DNA of 40,997 nucleotides from Alistipes sp. GTDB taxonomy: Bacteria; Bacteroidota; Bacteroidia; Bacteroidales; Rikenellaceae. Below are positions 1-8,770 of the stretch, one piece after another. Numbering within the stretch: position 1 is the stretch's first letter; every line of letters begins with the position of its first letter. Location of the stretch: contig JAZQWU010000218.1 in assembly GCA_045632505.1 (NCBI GenBank), positions 1-40,997 of the forward strand, in the 5' to 3' direction. Under the pieces are notes generated by a model that saw only the letters and a program-made list of their open reading frames with translations, made no database searches and had not been told where the DNA came from. The position numbers were made by a program, and so were the translations under genes.

Positions 1-478
1 TGTTGCGGGTAACTACATTACTTATGCAGCAGGTCTCAAGATTGAGAATGGTGATTACGATGGCAATACCATCACATTGAAGGATTGCGAGATCAAGATG
101 GCTAATACTGACTGGGCGTATGCAGTAAATATGCCTGCAAGCGTTAAGAACTTGAATTTGGTAATTGATGGTTGTACACTTGAGGGTGCTATTGCGTTGC
201 AGTGCTGGGGTGATAACAATACAATCACTGTAACCAACAGCAACCTTATTTGCAACTACACAACATCTGCATCGTACACCTCGTATTGCGTGGCATTGCA
301 GGGTGATGGTACATATAACGCAGAGAACAATGTACTCGATATTCGCGGTTGTAATTTCTCGTATTCTGGCGTAGACAACTATGACTCTGAGATTAAGGCT
401 GTTGTCGATCGTTCGGGTACAGGTAGCAATACAATCACTGTTGTTGATTGTACTTGTGACAGTAAGGTTACTCTGTAA
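1..478 (+). CDS. 3' part of a surface protein with a beta-helix-like module (gene starts upstream of the window); likely a pilin-associated adhesin
   Basis: The frame of ORF 77..478 is open back to position 2 (VAGNYITYAAGLKIENGD...). The segment YAVNMP...LEGAIALQCWGDNNTITVTNSNL resembles YALNCP...LTANIALNVWGENMWINVENSIL in the 1808..5062 protein. Confidence 0.65.
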   Translation, partial: VAGNYITYAAGLKIENGDYDGNTITLKDCEIKMANTDWAYAVNMPASVKNLNLVIDGCTLEGAIALQCWGDNNTITVTNSNLICNYTTSASYTSYCVALQGDGTYNAENNVLDIRGCNFSYSGVDNYDSEIKAVVDRSGTGSNTITVVDCTCDSKVTL

Positions 479-507
479 TTTCACAGTAAAAAAGTTGCGT
501 AATTCGT

Positions 508-681
508 TTGTTTTTAGTATCTTTATAGGTCTAAAACAATAAAAGAATTTTCGCAAAAAAATAGGGTAGAGGTCTTTGACCGGACCTCTGCTCACCAAGA
601 GCCAAAAGGCTCATAAAAGCGGAAAACGAGAAAGGGCTCAGTTGAGAGTTGAGAGTTGAAAGTTGAGAGATTTTTCTCTAA
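508..681 (+). promoter_or_regulatory. Pilin operon promoter and structured leader, copy 1
   Basis: -7-like TATCTTTA (518-525) lies inside an inverted repeat. It is followed by hairpins GGGTAGAGGTC/GACCTCTGCTC and GAGCC-AAAA-GGCTC. Near-identical to 5156-5293. Confidence 0.65.
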
Positions 682-767
682 TAACCTCTAATACCTCTAA
701 TGCCTCTGACGGCCCTAAAAAAAGACAAAAAAGACAAAAAAGACAAAACAACAAAAACTATAAAACT

Positions 768-1766
768 ATGAAAAAGGTATTTTTGGCATTGGCAGCAGCT
801 GCGATGATGGTATCGTGCTTCGGCGACCAGACCATCAGCCGTTCGAAGGATGGCGCAATCGTTATCGGTTCGTATGTGCAGAACAGCTCAGTGCGTGCGG
901 GTGAGAACCCAACAATCACAAGCGAGAGCATCGACGCTTTCGACGTATGGGCATTTATGGATCGTCCTTCGGGTGTTGTATTCAGCCAGGAGCGCGTATC
1001 GAAGGATGCTAACGGCGTATGGAGCTATGCAAACACTGCATACTGGAGCCCAGCACACGAGTATTTCTTCGCTGCATTGGCACCAGTGGGCAATGCTAAC
1101 ATCGAGTTGGAGCTTGCACAGACTCCTTACATCGCACCAGAGGGTTTGGGTACAGTGACCTTCACCAACGTGGATGGTACTGTGGATGTTCTCTACGCAG
1201 AGCAGACTGTGAAGACTCCAGACACCATCACCCAGATGGCTCCAGTAAGCCTCGGCTTCAAGCACCTCTTGTCGAAGGTTCGCTTCTCGTTCCAGAATGG
1301 CTTGGAGAACGCAAACGCTTCGCTCGTAGTTCGTGAGATTGCAATGACCGTACCTGGCAAGGGTTCGGTAGCGCTCACTGAGGATACCTTCTCGTGGGTA
1401 CTCGACACTACAGCTCCTGCTACAGTACTCGACTTCGGCTCGATGGATGCAGGCGCACGCGTACTTATCGGCGATTGGGCTAACAGCGACAACCACCGCT
1501 TGACAATCCCTGCAGATGGCTCGCAGGAGTACCTCGTGACCTTCAAGGTTGACATCTACAACGGCGACGTTCTCGGTCACACCCAGCCTATGAGCACCGT
1601 AGTTAAGGATTGCGAGCTCAAGGCCGGTAAGCAGTACAACTTCAAGGCTAAGTTGACTGGCGACAACCTCCACCTCCAGCCAATCGTATTCGACCAGATT
1701 ACTGTTGAGGATTGGGACCAGGAGATTGAGTACGACGGTGGCGAGATTAACACTGAGCTAAAGTAA
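768..1766 (+). CDS. Fimbrillin-family (Mfa-like, type V pilus) lipoprotein
   Basis: Start MKKVFLALAAAAMMVSC (lipobox) at ATG 768. Motifs: VRA processing site, F.VWAF, W.Y....YW, FFA, F.HLLSKV, and C-terminal PIVF...TVEDW. Confidence 0.85.
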   Translation: MKKVFLALAAAAMMVSCFGDQTISRSKDGAIVIGSYVQNSSVRAGENPTITSESIDAFDVWAFMDRPSGVVFSQERVSKDANGVWSYANTAYWSPAHEYFFAALAPVGNANIELELAQTPYIAPEGLGTVTFTNVDGTVDVLYAEQTVKTPDTITQMAPVSLGFKHLLSKVRFSFQNGLENANASLVVREIAMTVPGKGSVALTEDTFSWVLDTTAPATVLDFGSMDAGARVLIGDWANSDNHRLTIPADGSQEYLVTFKVDIYNGDVLGHTQPMSTVVKDCELKAGKQYNFKAKLTGDNLHLQPIVFDQITVEDWDQEIEYDGGEINTELK

Positions 1767-1807
1767 GAAATAACATATAATTCACAAATAACTAAAAATC
1801 TAAAATT

Positions 1808-4800
1808 ATGAAGAAGGTATTACTTTCGATTTTCGCAGTAGCGGCCTTGACTTCGTGCTTCCAGCAGGATGTCCTCGGAACAGCGAATGGTGGCGCTATT
1901 TCGTTCGACAACGCATTTGTCGACAATGCGACTAAGGCTATTGACAGTAGCTTTAACAACAACAACTTGGAGGAGTTCCAGGTTTACGGTACCGTAACCA
2001 ACGCTGCTAAGGAGGTTGCAAACATCTTCAATGGTATCGCAGTAGTTAAGGGTGGCGCTGGCGTAGGTGCTGCTTGGACTTACGATGCTCAGTACACTCA
2101 GTACTGGTTGGCTGGCAACGACTACAACTTCACTGCTATCGTTGCTGGTAACGAGGAGGGCGAGACTAAGGTTCACGTCGATGGCAACGGTATGCCAACT
2201 GCTATCGAGGTTAAGAATGCTGAGGCTCAGAACGACGTTCTCTTCGACCAGGTTGGTCCAGTGAACTATGCTAACAACGTTGAGGCTGTTAAGTTCACTT
2301 TCAAGCACCTCTTGGCTAAGGCTAAGGTTTCTGTAAAGAACGTTATGGATGTAGCAAACGGTAACTACTATGTAGTGAAGGACGTTCGCATTACTAACGC
2401 TCTCAAAGATGCTACCTACACTATCGGTCAGGGTTGGGGCGACTACATCAACACTTACGATCTCGCTTTCGGCGATATCGTAGCTCCAGATGCACAGACT
2501 GAGAATGCTGAGGCTATCAAGTTGCCAAAGGATGTTTACGGCGCATCTAATTTCGAGCGTCTCCTCATCCCACAGGAGAAATGCGCTATCACTATCTCGG
2601 TTGACTATGTTCTCTACCAGTCGGGCGTAAATGGTGGTGTTGATACTGACATCGAGGTTGTTAACGACAAGACTGTTAGCACTGTTGCTACAATCGAGGC
2701 TGGCAAGACTTACAACTTCGCACTCACACTCGGCAACCCAGGTGAGCCTATCACATTCGACGTTGAGCGTGTTGAGGATTGGGTAGACGGTGGCAACATC
2801 TATGATGTTAAGACTGCTAAGGTTACAACTCCAGAGGAGCTCGCAACTGCTCTCGCTGACGAGAATGTAGGTGCTGTAGTTCTTATGAACGATATCGAGT
2901 TGTCTTCGAGCATCACCCGTAATGGTGAGGCTGCTGGTGCAACTATCGCTAAGGAGTTCATCCTCGATGGTAACGGCAACACCTTGTCTTACAATGGTAC
3001 AAACCGCGCTATCGACATCGTTTCGGTGGTTGAGAATGAGACATACAAGAATGTAACAATCAAGAACCTTACAATTAACTGTTCGGCAAGCTACTGCGAG
3101 CGTGGTATCAACTACAACGCTAACGGCTCTCTCATCCTCGATAATGTAAAGGTATTGGGTACTAACGTAACTTACGCTCTTAACTGCCCAGGTAAGGCAG
3201 ATGGTGCAAAGGTTACTGTTAAGAACTCTGAGTTGACTGCAAACATCGCTTTGAATGTTTGGGGTGAGAATATGTGGATCAACGTTGAGAACTCTATCTT
3301 GACCAGCGTTGACAACAACACTGTTGAGGGTTATGCTGCTGTTTCATTCAACAATGATGGCGCAACTGCTGCTGTCGGCACTGTAGCTAACTTCTATGGT
3401 GGTAAGATTGAGGCTCGCGACGAGAAGGGTGAGCTTGCTTGCGCAATCCGCAACGCAGCTTTGGCTGGTGTTAACCTCAACGACACTGAGGTGATTGGTA
3501 CTACCCGAGTTCCTAGCGTTATCGCAGTTTACGAGGGTTATAACCAGTTCTACAGCTTCGATACTCTTCAGGAAGCTATCAACAAGGTGCAGAAGGATAA
3601 GAACGGTACACTCCGCCTTACTGCCGACATCACTCTCGAGGAGTCTGTAACCGTTGCTAAGTCTGACTTCGAGGTTGTTCTCGACCTCAATGGTCACAAT
3701 ATCAGCGGCGTTGATACTACTTCGCAGAACTATGGTCTCATTCAGAACAATGGTAAGCTCACTATCAATGGTGAGGGTGCTTTGAAGGTTGAGGCTACAA
3801 TAAATAGCGGTTGGAATCGTTACTCGGCTGTTATCTCGAACAATCCTGGTGCAACTCTCGTTATCAACGGCGGTACAATTCAGCACTTGGGTGGTACTGA
3901 TATGGCTTATGGTATCGACAACCTCACAAATGGCAACATTGGCGATGTTAACTGTACTATCAATGGCGGTTTGATCAAGTCGCCTTACCGTGCAGTTCGT
4001 CAGTTCCTCAACTCGGATAGCAAGGAGAACAACTTGATTGTAAATGGTGGTGTCCTCGAGGCTCCTAACAAGTCTATCTTCTTCCACGATCCAAGCGCAA
4101 AGGCTAACAAGGGTAAGCTCACTGTTGCTGCTGAGGCTAAGTTGAAGGGTGATGTATATCTCTTCGTAACTGCAGGTTCGACTGAGTGGCCAGTAGAGGT
4201 TTCGATTGCTTCGGCTGCCTTGGATGGCGAGTCAACAGTATTGTCGGCTAACACTCCAGCTGGTTACTTGGTAGTTGAGGAGAATGGCGTTTGGTCGGTA
4301 ATTTCAGGTACTGCTGTTGCCGAGGGTTTGCTCTTGTTGAACGATTGCTACTATGTTTTGAGCGGCGAGGGTTTCAAGTATTTGGCTACTCAGGTTTTGA
4401 ACGATGGTTCGAAGAATGTAGTTGCTGAGTTGGCAAACGACATCGACCTCGCAGGTATCGAGTGGCCAGCAGTTAAGGTTGCTGCAGCTCTCATTCTCGA
4501 CGGTAAGGGTCACACAATCAAGAACCTCTCAACTTCGGCTGTTGAGGATCATGGCTTCTATAGCACTGCAATGTTCACTTCGACTCGCAAGGCTACTACA
4601 ATCAAGAACCTTGTTGTTGAGAATGCTACTGTAACAGGTAAGGGCTGTGATAACTCACACGGTGCAGTATTGGTTGCTTGCAACTATGATTTATTGACAA
4701 TTTCGGGTGTAACCGTTAAGAACTCTACTATTAGCAACTGCGACCGTACTGGTGGTTTGTTGACTTACCTCTATTTTACAACTGCAACTGTTGAGAATTG

Positions 4801-5062
4801 CGTTGTTGAGGGTTGCACAATCAACTCTATCGGTACTGCTGGTGCTATCCTCGGTATGAACAACAGCCACAACTTCACAATGACGGGTTGCCAGGTTGTA
4901 AATACAACCGTTTCGTCGTCTGAGGGTTCGAACAAGGCTGGTATCTTCATCGGTACCTGGCAGGATGCTGGTACTCTCACAAGCGAGGGTAACACTCACT
5001 CTGGTTCGAAGGCTATCAACGCAGGCACTGAGACTAATAATGAGATTGGTCGTCATGTATAA
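1808..5062 (+). CDS. Fimbrillin-family lipoprotein with a long C-terminal beta-helix/adhesin extension (probable tip pilin)
   Basis: Lipobox LTSC, ATKA site, F.VYG, YW, FKHLLAK, PITFDVERVEDW near aa 325. About 750 aa of repetitive beta-strand modules follow (L..DI.L, LDLNGH.I, LDGKGHTIKNL). Confidence 0.8.
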   Translation: MKKVLLSIFAVAALTSCFQQDVLGTANGGAISFDNAFVDNATKAIDSSFNNNNLEEFQVYGTVTNAAKEVANIFNGIAVVKGGAGVGAAWTYDAQYTQYWLAGNDYNFTAIVAGNEEGETKVHVDGNGMPTAIEVKNAEAQNDVLFDQVGPVNYANNVEAVKFTFKHLLAKAKVSVKNVMDVANGNYYVVKDVRITNALKDATYTIGQGWGDYINTYDLAFGDIVAPDAQTENAEAIKLPKDVYGASNFERLLIPQEKCAITISVDYVLYQSGVNGGVDTDIEVVNDKTVSTVATIEAGKTYNFALTLGNPGEPITFDVERVEDWVDGGNIYDVKTAKVTTPEELATALADENVGAVVLMNDIELSSSITRNGEAAGATIAKEFILDGNGNTLSYNGTNRAIDIVSVVENETYKNVTIKNLTINCSASYCERGINYNANGSLILDNVKVLGTNVTYALNCPGKADGAKVTVKNSELTANIALNVWGENMWINVENSILTSVDNNTVEGYAAVSFNNDGATAAVGTVANFYGGKIEARDEKGELACAIRNAALAGVNLNDTEVIGTTRVPSVIAVYEGYNQFYSFDTLQEAINKVQKDKNGTLRLTADITLEESVTVAKSDFEVVLDLNGHNISGVDTTSQNYGLIQNNGKLTINGEGALKVEATINSGWNRYSAVISNNPGATLVINGGTIQHLGGTDMAYGIDNLTNGNIGDVNCTINGGLIKSPYRAVRQFLNSDSKENNLIVNGGVLEAPNKSIFFHDPSAKANKGKLTVAAEAKLKGDVYLFVTAGSTEWPVEVSIASAALDGESTVLSANTPAGYLVVEENGVWSVISGTAVAEGLLLLNDCYYVLSGEGFKYLATQVLNDGSKNVVAELANDIDLAGIEWPAVKVAAALILDGKGHTIKNLSTSAVEDHGFYSTAMFTSTRKATTIKNLVVENATVTGKGCDNSHGAVLVACNYDLLTISGVTVKNSTISNCDRTGGLLTYLYFTTATVENCVVEGCTINSIGTAGAILGMNNSHNFTMTGCQVVNTTVSSSEGSNKAGIFIGTWQDAGTLTSEGNTHSGSKAINAGTETNNEIGRHV

Positions 5063-5113
5063 TCAAGCCCCGAGGGCTATATAATTGACGAAAAAAAGCG
5101 TGATTTTCAAAAA

Positions 5114-5293
5114 AATTTCGTACCTTTATAGGTCGAAATTGCCGAAAATTACACCAAAATAGGGTAGAGGTCTTTGATCGGACCTCTGCTCACCAAGAGC
5201 CAAAAGGCTCATAAAAGCGGAAAACGGAAAGCGGAAAGCGGAAAACGAGAAAGGGCTCAGTTGAGAGTTGAGAGTTGAGAGATTTTTCTCTAA
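5114..5293 (+). promoter_or_regulatory. Pilin operon promoter and structured leader, copy 2
   Basis: TACCTTTA (5121-5128) lies inside the AATTTCG..CGAAATT inverted repeat. Same two hairpins as copy 1, with different numbers of GCGGAAA and AGTTGAG units. Confidence 0.65.
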
Positions 5294-5405
5294 CGACGCT
5301 AACCGACGACAAACCGAGAGCAGAGGGTGCTTGCACACTATGCCGAGGTGCGAAGGAGGAAAAGCCTGCGTAGCAGGATTAACGACCCTAACGACCCTAA
5401 AAAAG

Positions 5406-5608
5406 AGACTTAGAAAATTTAACAATTAACAAAAACAATAAAAAACTTACAACTATTTTAGTGGAGCGAAGCGACAAGCCGCCCTTTTCCAAAGGGAGGT
5501 TTGGAGGGAATGTAAAGACAATTTCTTCATAGCTCTCGACTCCGTTCCAAGATGGTAAGACTTAGAAAATTTAACAATAAACAAAAACAATAAAAACATT
5601 ACAACTAT
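5406..5608 (+). repeat. 51-bp imperfect direct repeat of the translation-initiation region (5406-5456 and 5558-5608)
   Basis: AGACTTAGAAAATTTAACAAT...TTACAACTAT occurs twice. Only the second copy continues into ATG. Confidence 0.85.
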
Positions 5609-6605
5609 GAAGAAACTTTTACTTTCAGTATTCGCGATTGCAGCAATGGCATCGTGTATGCAGGACGAGGTGATCTCGCAGGATCAGCAGGCTATCGACT
5701 TCGGTACCCCATTCGTTGACAAGGCAACTAAGGCTCAGGACTTGACCTATAGTGGTGAGACTGATCTCACAGAATTCAAGGTTTATGGTACTGTAACTGG
5801 TACTGCAGGCACTGTAAACATTTTCAACAATGCTACTGTATCAGGAACAGTTGGCGAGAACAGCGTTTGGACTTGCGACGTTAAGCAGTATTGGATTCCA
5901 GGCGCAAACTACAAATTCGCTGCTGTAGTTGACGCTGTGACTGTTGGTCAGGATCTTGCTACTTTGATGCCTACAACTCTTGTTCCAGCTACTGATGCGG
6001 ACGGCTATCTTAAGGACTTGCTCTATGATGAGGCTACTGCAGTTGGTCAGGAGTCTAATAACGATGAAGTAGCAATCGTATTCGAGCACCTTCTTGCTAA
6101 GGCACACTTCACTGTTACGTCGAATACTAAAGAGGATGATGGTTACTATCACAAGGTGACTGGCATCAAGATTAACAACTTCTCTACTGGTACTTACACT
6201 ATCAACGGCGGAACTTGGAGCACAGCTACTGCAACTCAAACTGATAAGGCATACGAATTGGGTAATATTGCAAAGATTACTTCTACTACTGGTGCGCAAA
6301 CAAACGATACTCAGGTGCTTCTCTACCCAACAACTACAGATTTTACTGTTGAGTTCACAGTTGAGTTGTGGAATAGCAAAGGTTCGAATGGACAACCAGC
6401 TTTGTTGAGCCAGGTACACTACACAAGTGCAGATACTGTTCAGTCTGGTAGGAAGGAGGCTCCTATTCTTGTTTCAACAGACTTGCTTAAGGGTAACGCA
6501 TACAATTTCCAGCTTGGACTCTCGGTTGGAGAGGAGATTAAGTTTACTGTAGCCAAGGATCCAGAGTGGGCACCTACTACTAATGTACCTGTTACTCTCC
6601 AATAA
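5607..6605 (+). CDS. Fimbrillin-family (type V pilus) lipoprotein
   Basis: Lipobox MASC, ATKA, FKVYG, QYW, DLLY, FEHLLAK, C-terminal IKFTV...EW. Confidence 0.85.
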   Translation: MKKLLLSVFAIAAMASCMQDEVISQDQQAIDFGTPFVDKATKAQDLTYSGETDLTEFKVYGTVTGTAGTVNIFNNATVSGTVGENSVWTCDVKQYWIPGANYKFAAVVDAVTVGQDLATLMPTTLVPATDADGYLKDLLYDEATAVGQESNNDEVAIVFEHLLAKAHFTVTSNTKEDDGYYHKVTGIKINNFSTGTYTINGGTWSTATATQTDKAYELGNIAKITSTTGAQTNDTQVLLYPTTTDFTVEFTVELWNSKGSNGQPALLSQVHYTSADTVQSGRKEAPILVSTDLLKGNAYNFQLGLSVGEEIKFTVAKDPEWAPTTNVPVTLQ

Positions 6606-6637
6606 TTTATTGACAAACAATTAAAACTTATATAATT

Positions 6638-7612
6638 ATGAAGAAGTTATTTATTGCAGTTTTGGCAGTTGCCGGTTTGGCATCGTGTATGCAGGACGAG
6701 GTTCTCTCGCAGGATCAGGCTGCTATCGAGTTCGGTGATGCTTTCGTTGATAACGCAACTAAGACTCTCTATGGAACAGTTGACGGCACAACAACCAATG
6801 TTACAGCATTCCAGGTTTGGGGTACTGTTAAAGGTACAGGCGACGCAGCAGTTGCTCTCTACGAAGGTGCAAATGTGACAAGCGGTGACAAGGCTTATGG
6901 TGTAGCTTGGACTTGCGATGTTACTCGTTTCTGGACTCCTAATTGCAACTATGTATTCTACGCAGTAGTTGATGCTAAGGTTACTCCAGGTACAGGTGTG
7001 CTTGCAAACAAAAATGTTGTGGCAGAAAGCGGTGTTGTAAAGTCGATTAAATACGCTGCAGATGGCGAGAACGACCTCCTCTATAGTACTGTATCAAAGA
7101 ATACTCAGGGTGATTTGGCTTTGCCAGACCCAGCTTTGGTTGAGTTTAATATGAACCACCTCCTTTCGCTTGTTAAGGTAACATTCAAGAATTCGGTTAA
7201 CACTTCGGACAATGCTTATAGCTACAAGATTTCTGATGTTAAGGTGACTGGTTGGGCAAACGGTATATATGATGTTGCTACAGGAAACTGGGCAAAGGAT
7301 GGTGTGAATACCTTTAATCACACTTTCGCTGCAGTTGAAAAACTTGCAGAGGGTGAGACTGTTAATGCTGGTCTTCAGTTGATTATTCCTAATCAGCCTA
7401 TCACTGTTTCGTTCACTTATGAGGAGCAGGTTCTAGGTAAGACATACCTTACAAAGCAAATTAGCCAGACTGTGGTAGCGACAGCTGTAAAGAATAATTA
7501 TTACAGCATAAATGTTGATTTCCAGAAGAATAACAAGATTGAGTTCACTATCAACGATGTTAATGGCGTTGAAGGTTGGGTAACTGGCACCGGCAGTGTT
7601 ACCATCCAGTAA
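6638..7612 (+). CDS. Fimbrillin-family (type V pilus) lipoprotein
   Basis: Lipobox LASC, ATK, FQVWG, RFW, DLLY, MNHLLS, C-terminal IEFTI...VEGW. N-terminus is paralogous to 5607..6605. Confidence 0.85.
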   Translation: MKKLFIAVLAVAGLASCMQDEVLSQDQAAIEFGDAFVDNATKTLYGTVDGTTTNVTAFQVWGTVKGTGDAAVALYEGANVTSGDKAYGVAWTCDVTRFWTPNCNYVFYAVVDAKVTPGTGVLANKNVVAESGVVKSIKYAADGENDLLYSTVSKNTQGDLALPDPALVEFNMNHLLSLVKVTFKNSVNTSDNAYSYKISDVKVTGWANGIYDVATGNWAKDGVNTFNHTFAAVEKLAEGETVNAGLQLIIPNQPITVSFTYEEQVLGKTYLTKQISQTVVATAVKNNYYSINVDFQKNNKIEFTINDVNGVEGWVTGTGSVTIQ

Positions 7613-7620
7613 TAAACTTT

Positions 7621-7650
7621 GGCTATAAGGGATTGAAACCCCTTATAGTC
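7621..7650 (+). terminator. Intra-operon hairpin (attenuator or mRNA stabiliser)
   Basis: GGCTATAAGGG-ATTGAAAC-CCCTTATAGTC just after the stop codon; no U-tract. Confidence 0.45.
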
Positions 7651-7776
7651 GCTATTGCGGGCACAAAGCCCCGCGAGCCCACGCAGATGCCGATGCAACA
7701 AACGGCAGACGATTAGAAACCGCAGATGCCGACGATAGGCTGATGCCCAACAACGGGGGCGGACCCCGCAAGATAG

Positions 7777-8766
7777 ATGAAGATGAGAAGGTTACTACTA
7801 ACAGTATTTGTCGTGGCAGCAACCCTCGTAGGTTGTGGCACACCAGACATCGACACCGACGCGAAAGAGATAAAGTTCGGCGAGGCAACTACGCGCGCCG
7901 AGGTAGATAGTGCAGACGACATCCTCGAGTTCAAGGTTTTTGCCGAGATGAACTTGGGTGCTGACGGCACTGCCGAGGCTTCGCAGTGGATTCCAATCCT
8001 CGAGAACGAGAGGGTCTATCGCACCAGCACATCATCCCCATTCATTTACGACCACACCCGCTACTGGGTTGAGAACCGCAAGTTCAACTTCTTCGCGGTA
8101 TACCCTTACGACACCGCAGTGACGGTGGCGAATCTCTCGCAAAGCGGAAATACATATCCTGGTTATCGTGTCAACTTCATAACACCTAGCGACGCGGCTA
8201 CCGATATGTTGGTTGCTCACGAGGTTGTTCCTTCGATTCCTTCCGATAATACAGTTAAGTTCCAACTTCAGCATAAGTTAGCGAAGATTAACTTCAGAAT
8301 CAAGAAGAACGTTCAAAACGAAAGTGATAAATTTTTGTTGACATCGTTAACTATTCGTGGAGCGAGAAGAAGTGGATATTTGAACTCTTCTTGCGATGCT
8401 GGATATGTTGAGAACTGGAGTAATTTGAGCGGAACATTCGAGTTTGTAAAAAAAGACTTTGAGAATTTCGAAATACCTAGTGGCGAAGGTAACATTGCGT
8501 GTAAGGAACCATTGATGTTGATACCTCAGGGCATTTCAACTCAGAGTATCCTCTTCGAGATTACCTATCAGCATATCAATGCAGATGGCGAGTTTCAGAA
8601 CGAATTTACAACTTCCACATACATCCCGAATGGTCGTTGGGATATAGCGAAGAGCTATATCTACGATTTGGAGTTGGCTGCTATCGATAATAATATCAGA
8701 TTTAACACACCTACAATTGAGGATTGGGGTGAGACACAAACTGGTGGTTCAATAATCATAAACTAG
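7777..8766 (+). CDS. Fimbrillin-family lipoprotein (minor pilin)
   Basis: Lipobox LVGC, TTRA site, FKVFA, RYW, FFAVYPY, LQHKLAKI, C-terminal IRF..PTIEDW. Confidence 0.85.
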   Translation: MKMRRLLLTVFVVAATLVGCGTPDIDTDAKEIKFGEATTRAEVDSADDILEFKVFAEMNLGADGTAEASQWIPILENERVYRTSTSSPFIYDHTRYWVENRKFNFFAVYPYDTAVTVANLSQSGNTYPGYRVNFITPSDAATDMLVAHEVVPSIPSDNTVKFQLQHKLAKINFRIKKNVQNESDKFLLTSLTIRGARRSGYLNSSCDAGYVENWSNLSGTFEFVKKDFENFEIPSGEGNIACKEPLMLIPQGISTQSILFEITYQHINADGEFQNEFTTSTYIPNGRWDIAKSYIYDLELAAIDNNIRFNTPTIEDWGETQTGGSIIIN

Positions 8767-8770
8767 GAGT

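Noticed and set aside
663-767. N-terminal extension of the first pilin ORF (TTG start)
   Set aside because: It only translates leader microsatellites (CTCTAATAC, AAAAAGACA); the signal peptide begins at ATG 768.
5126-5425. 99-aa minus-strand ORF in the pilin intergenic region
   Set aside because: Low-complexity read-through of leader repeats (LSTLNSQLS, FSAFRFPFSAF).
7621-7639. GGCTATAAGGGATTGAAAC resembles the 3' end of type I-B CRISPR repeats
   Set aside because: Single copy, no spacers or cas genes, and it is fully explained as one arm plus loop of a hairpin.
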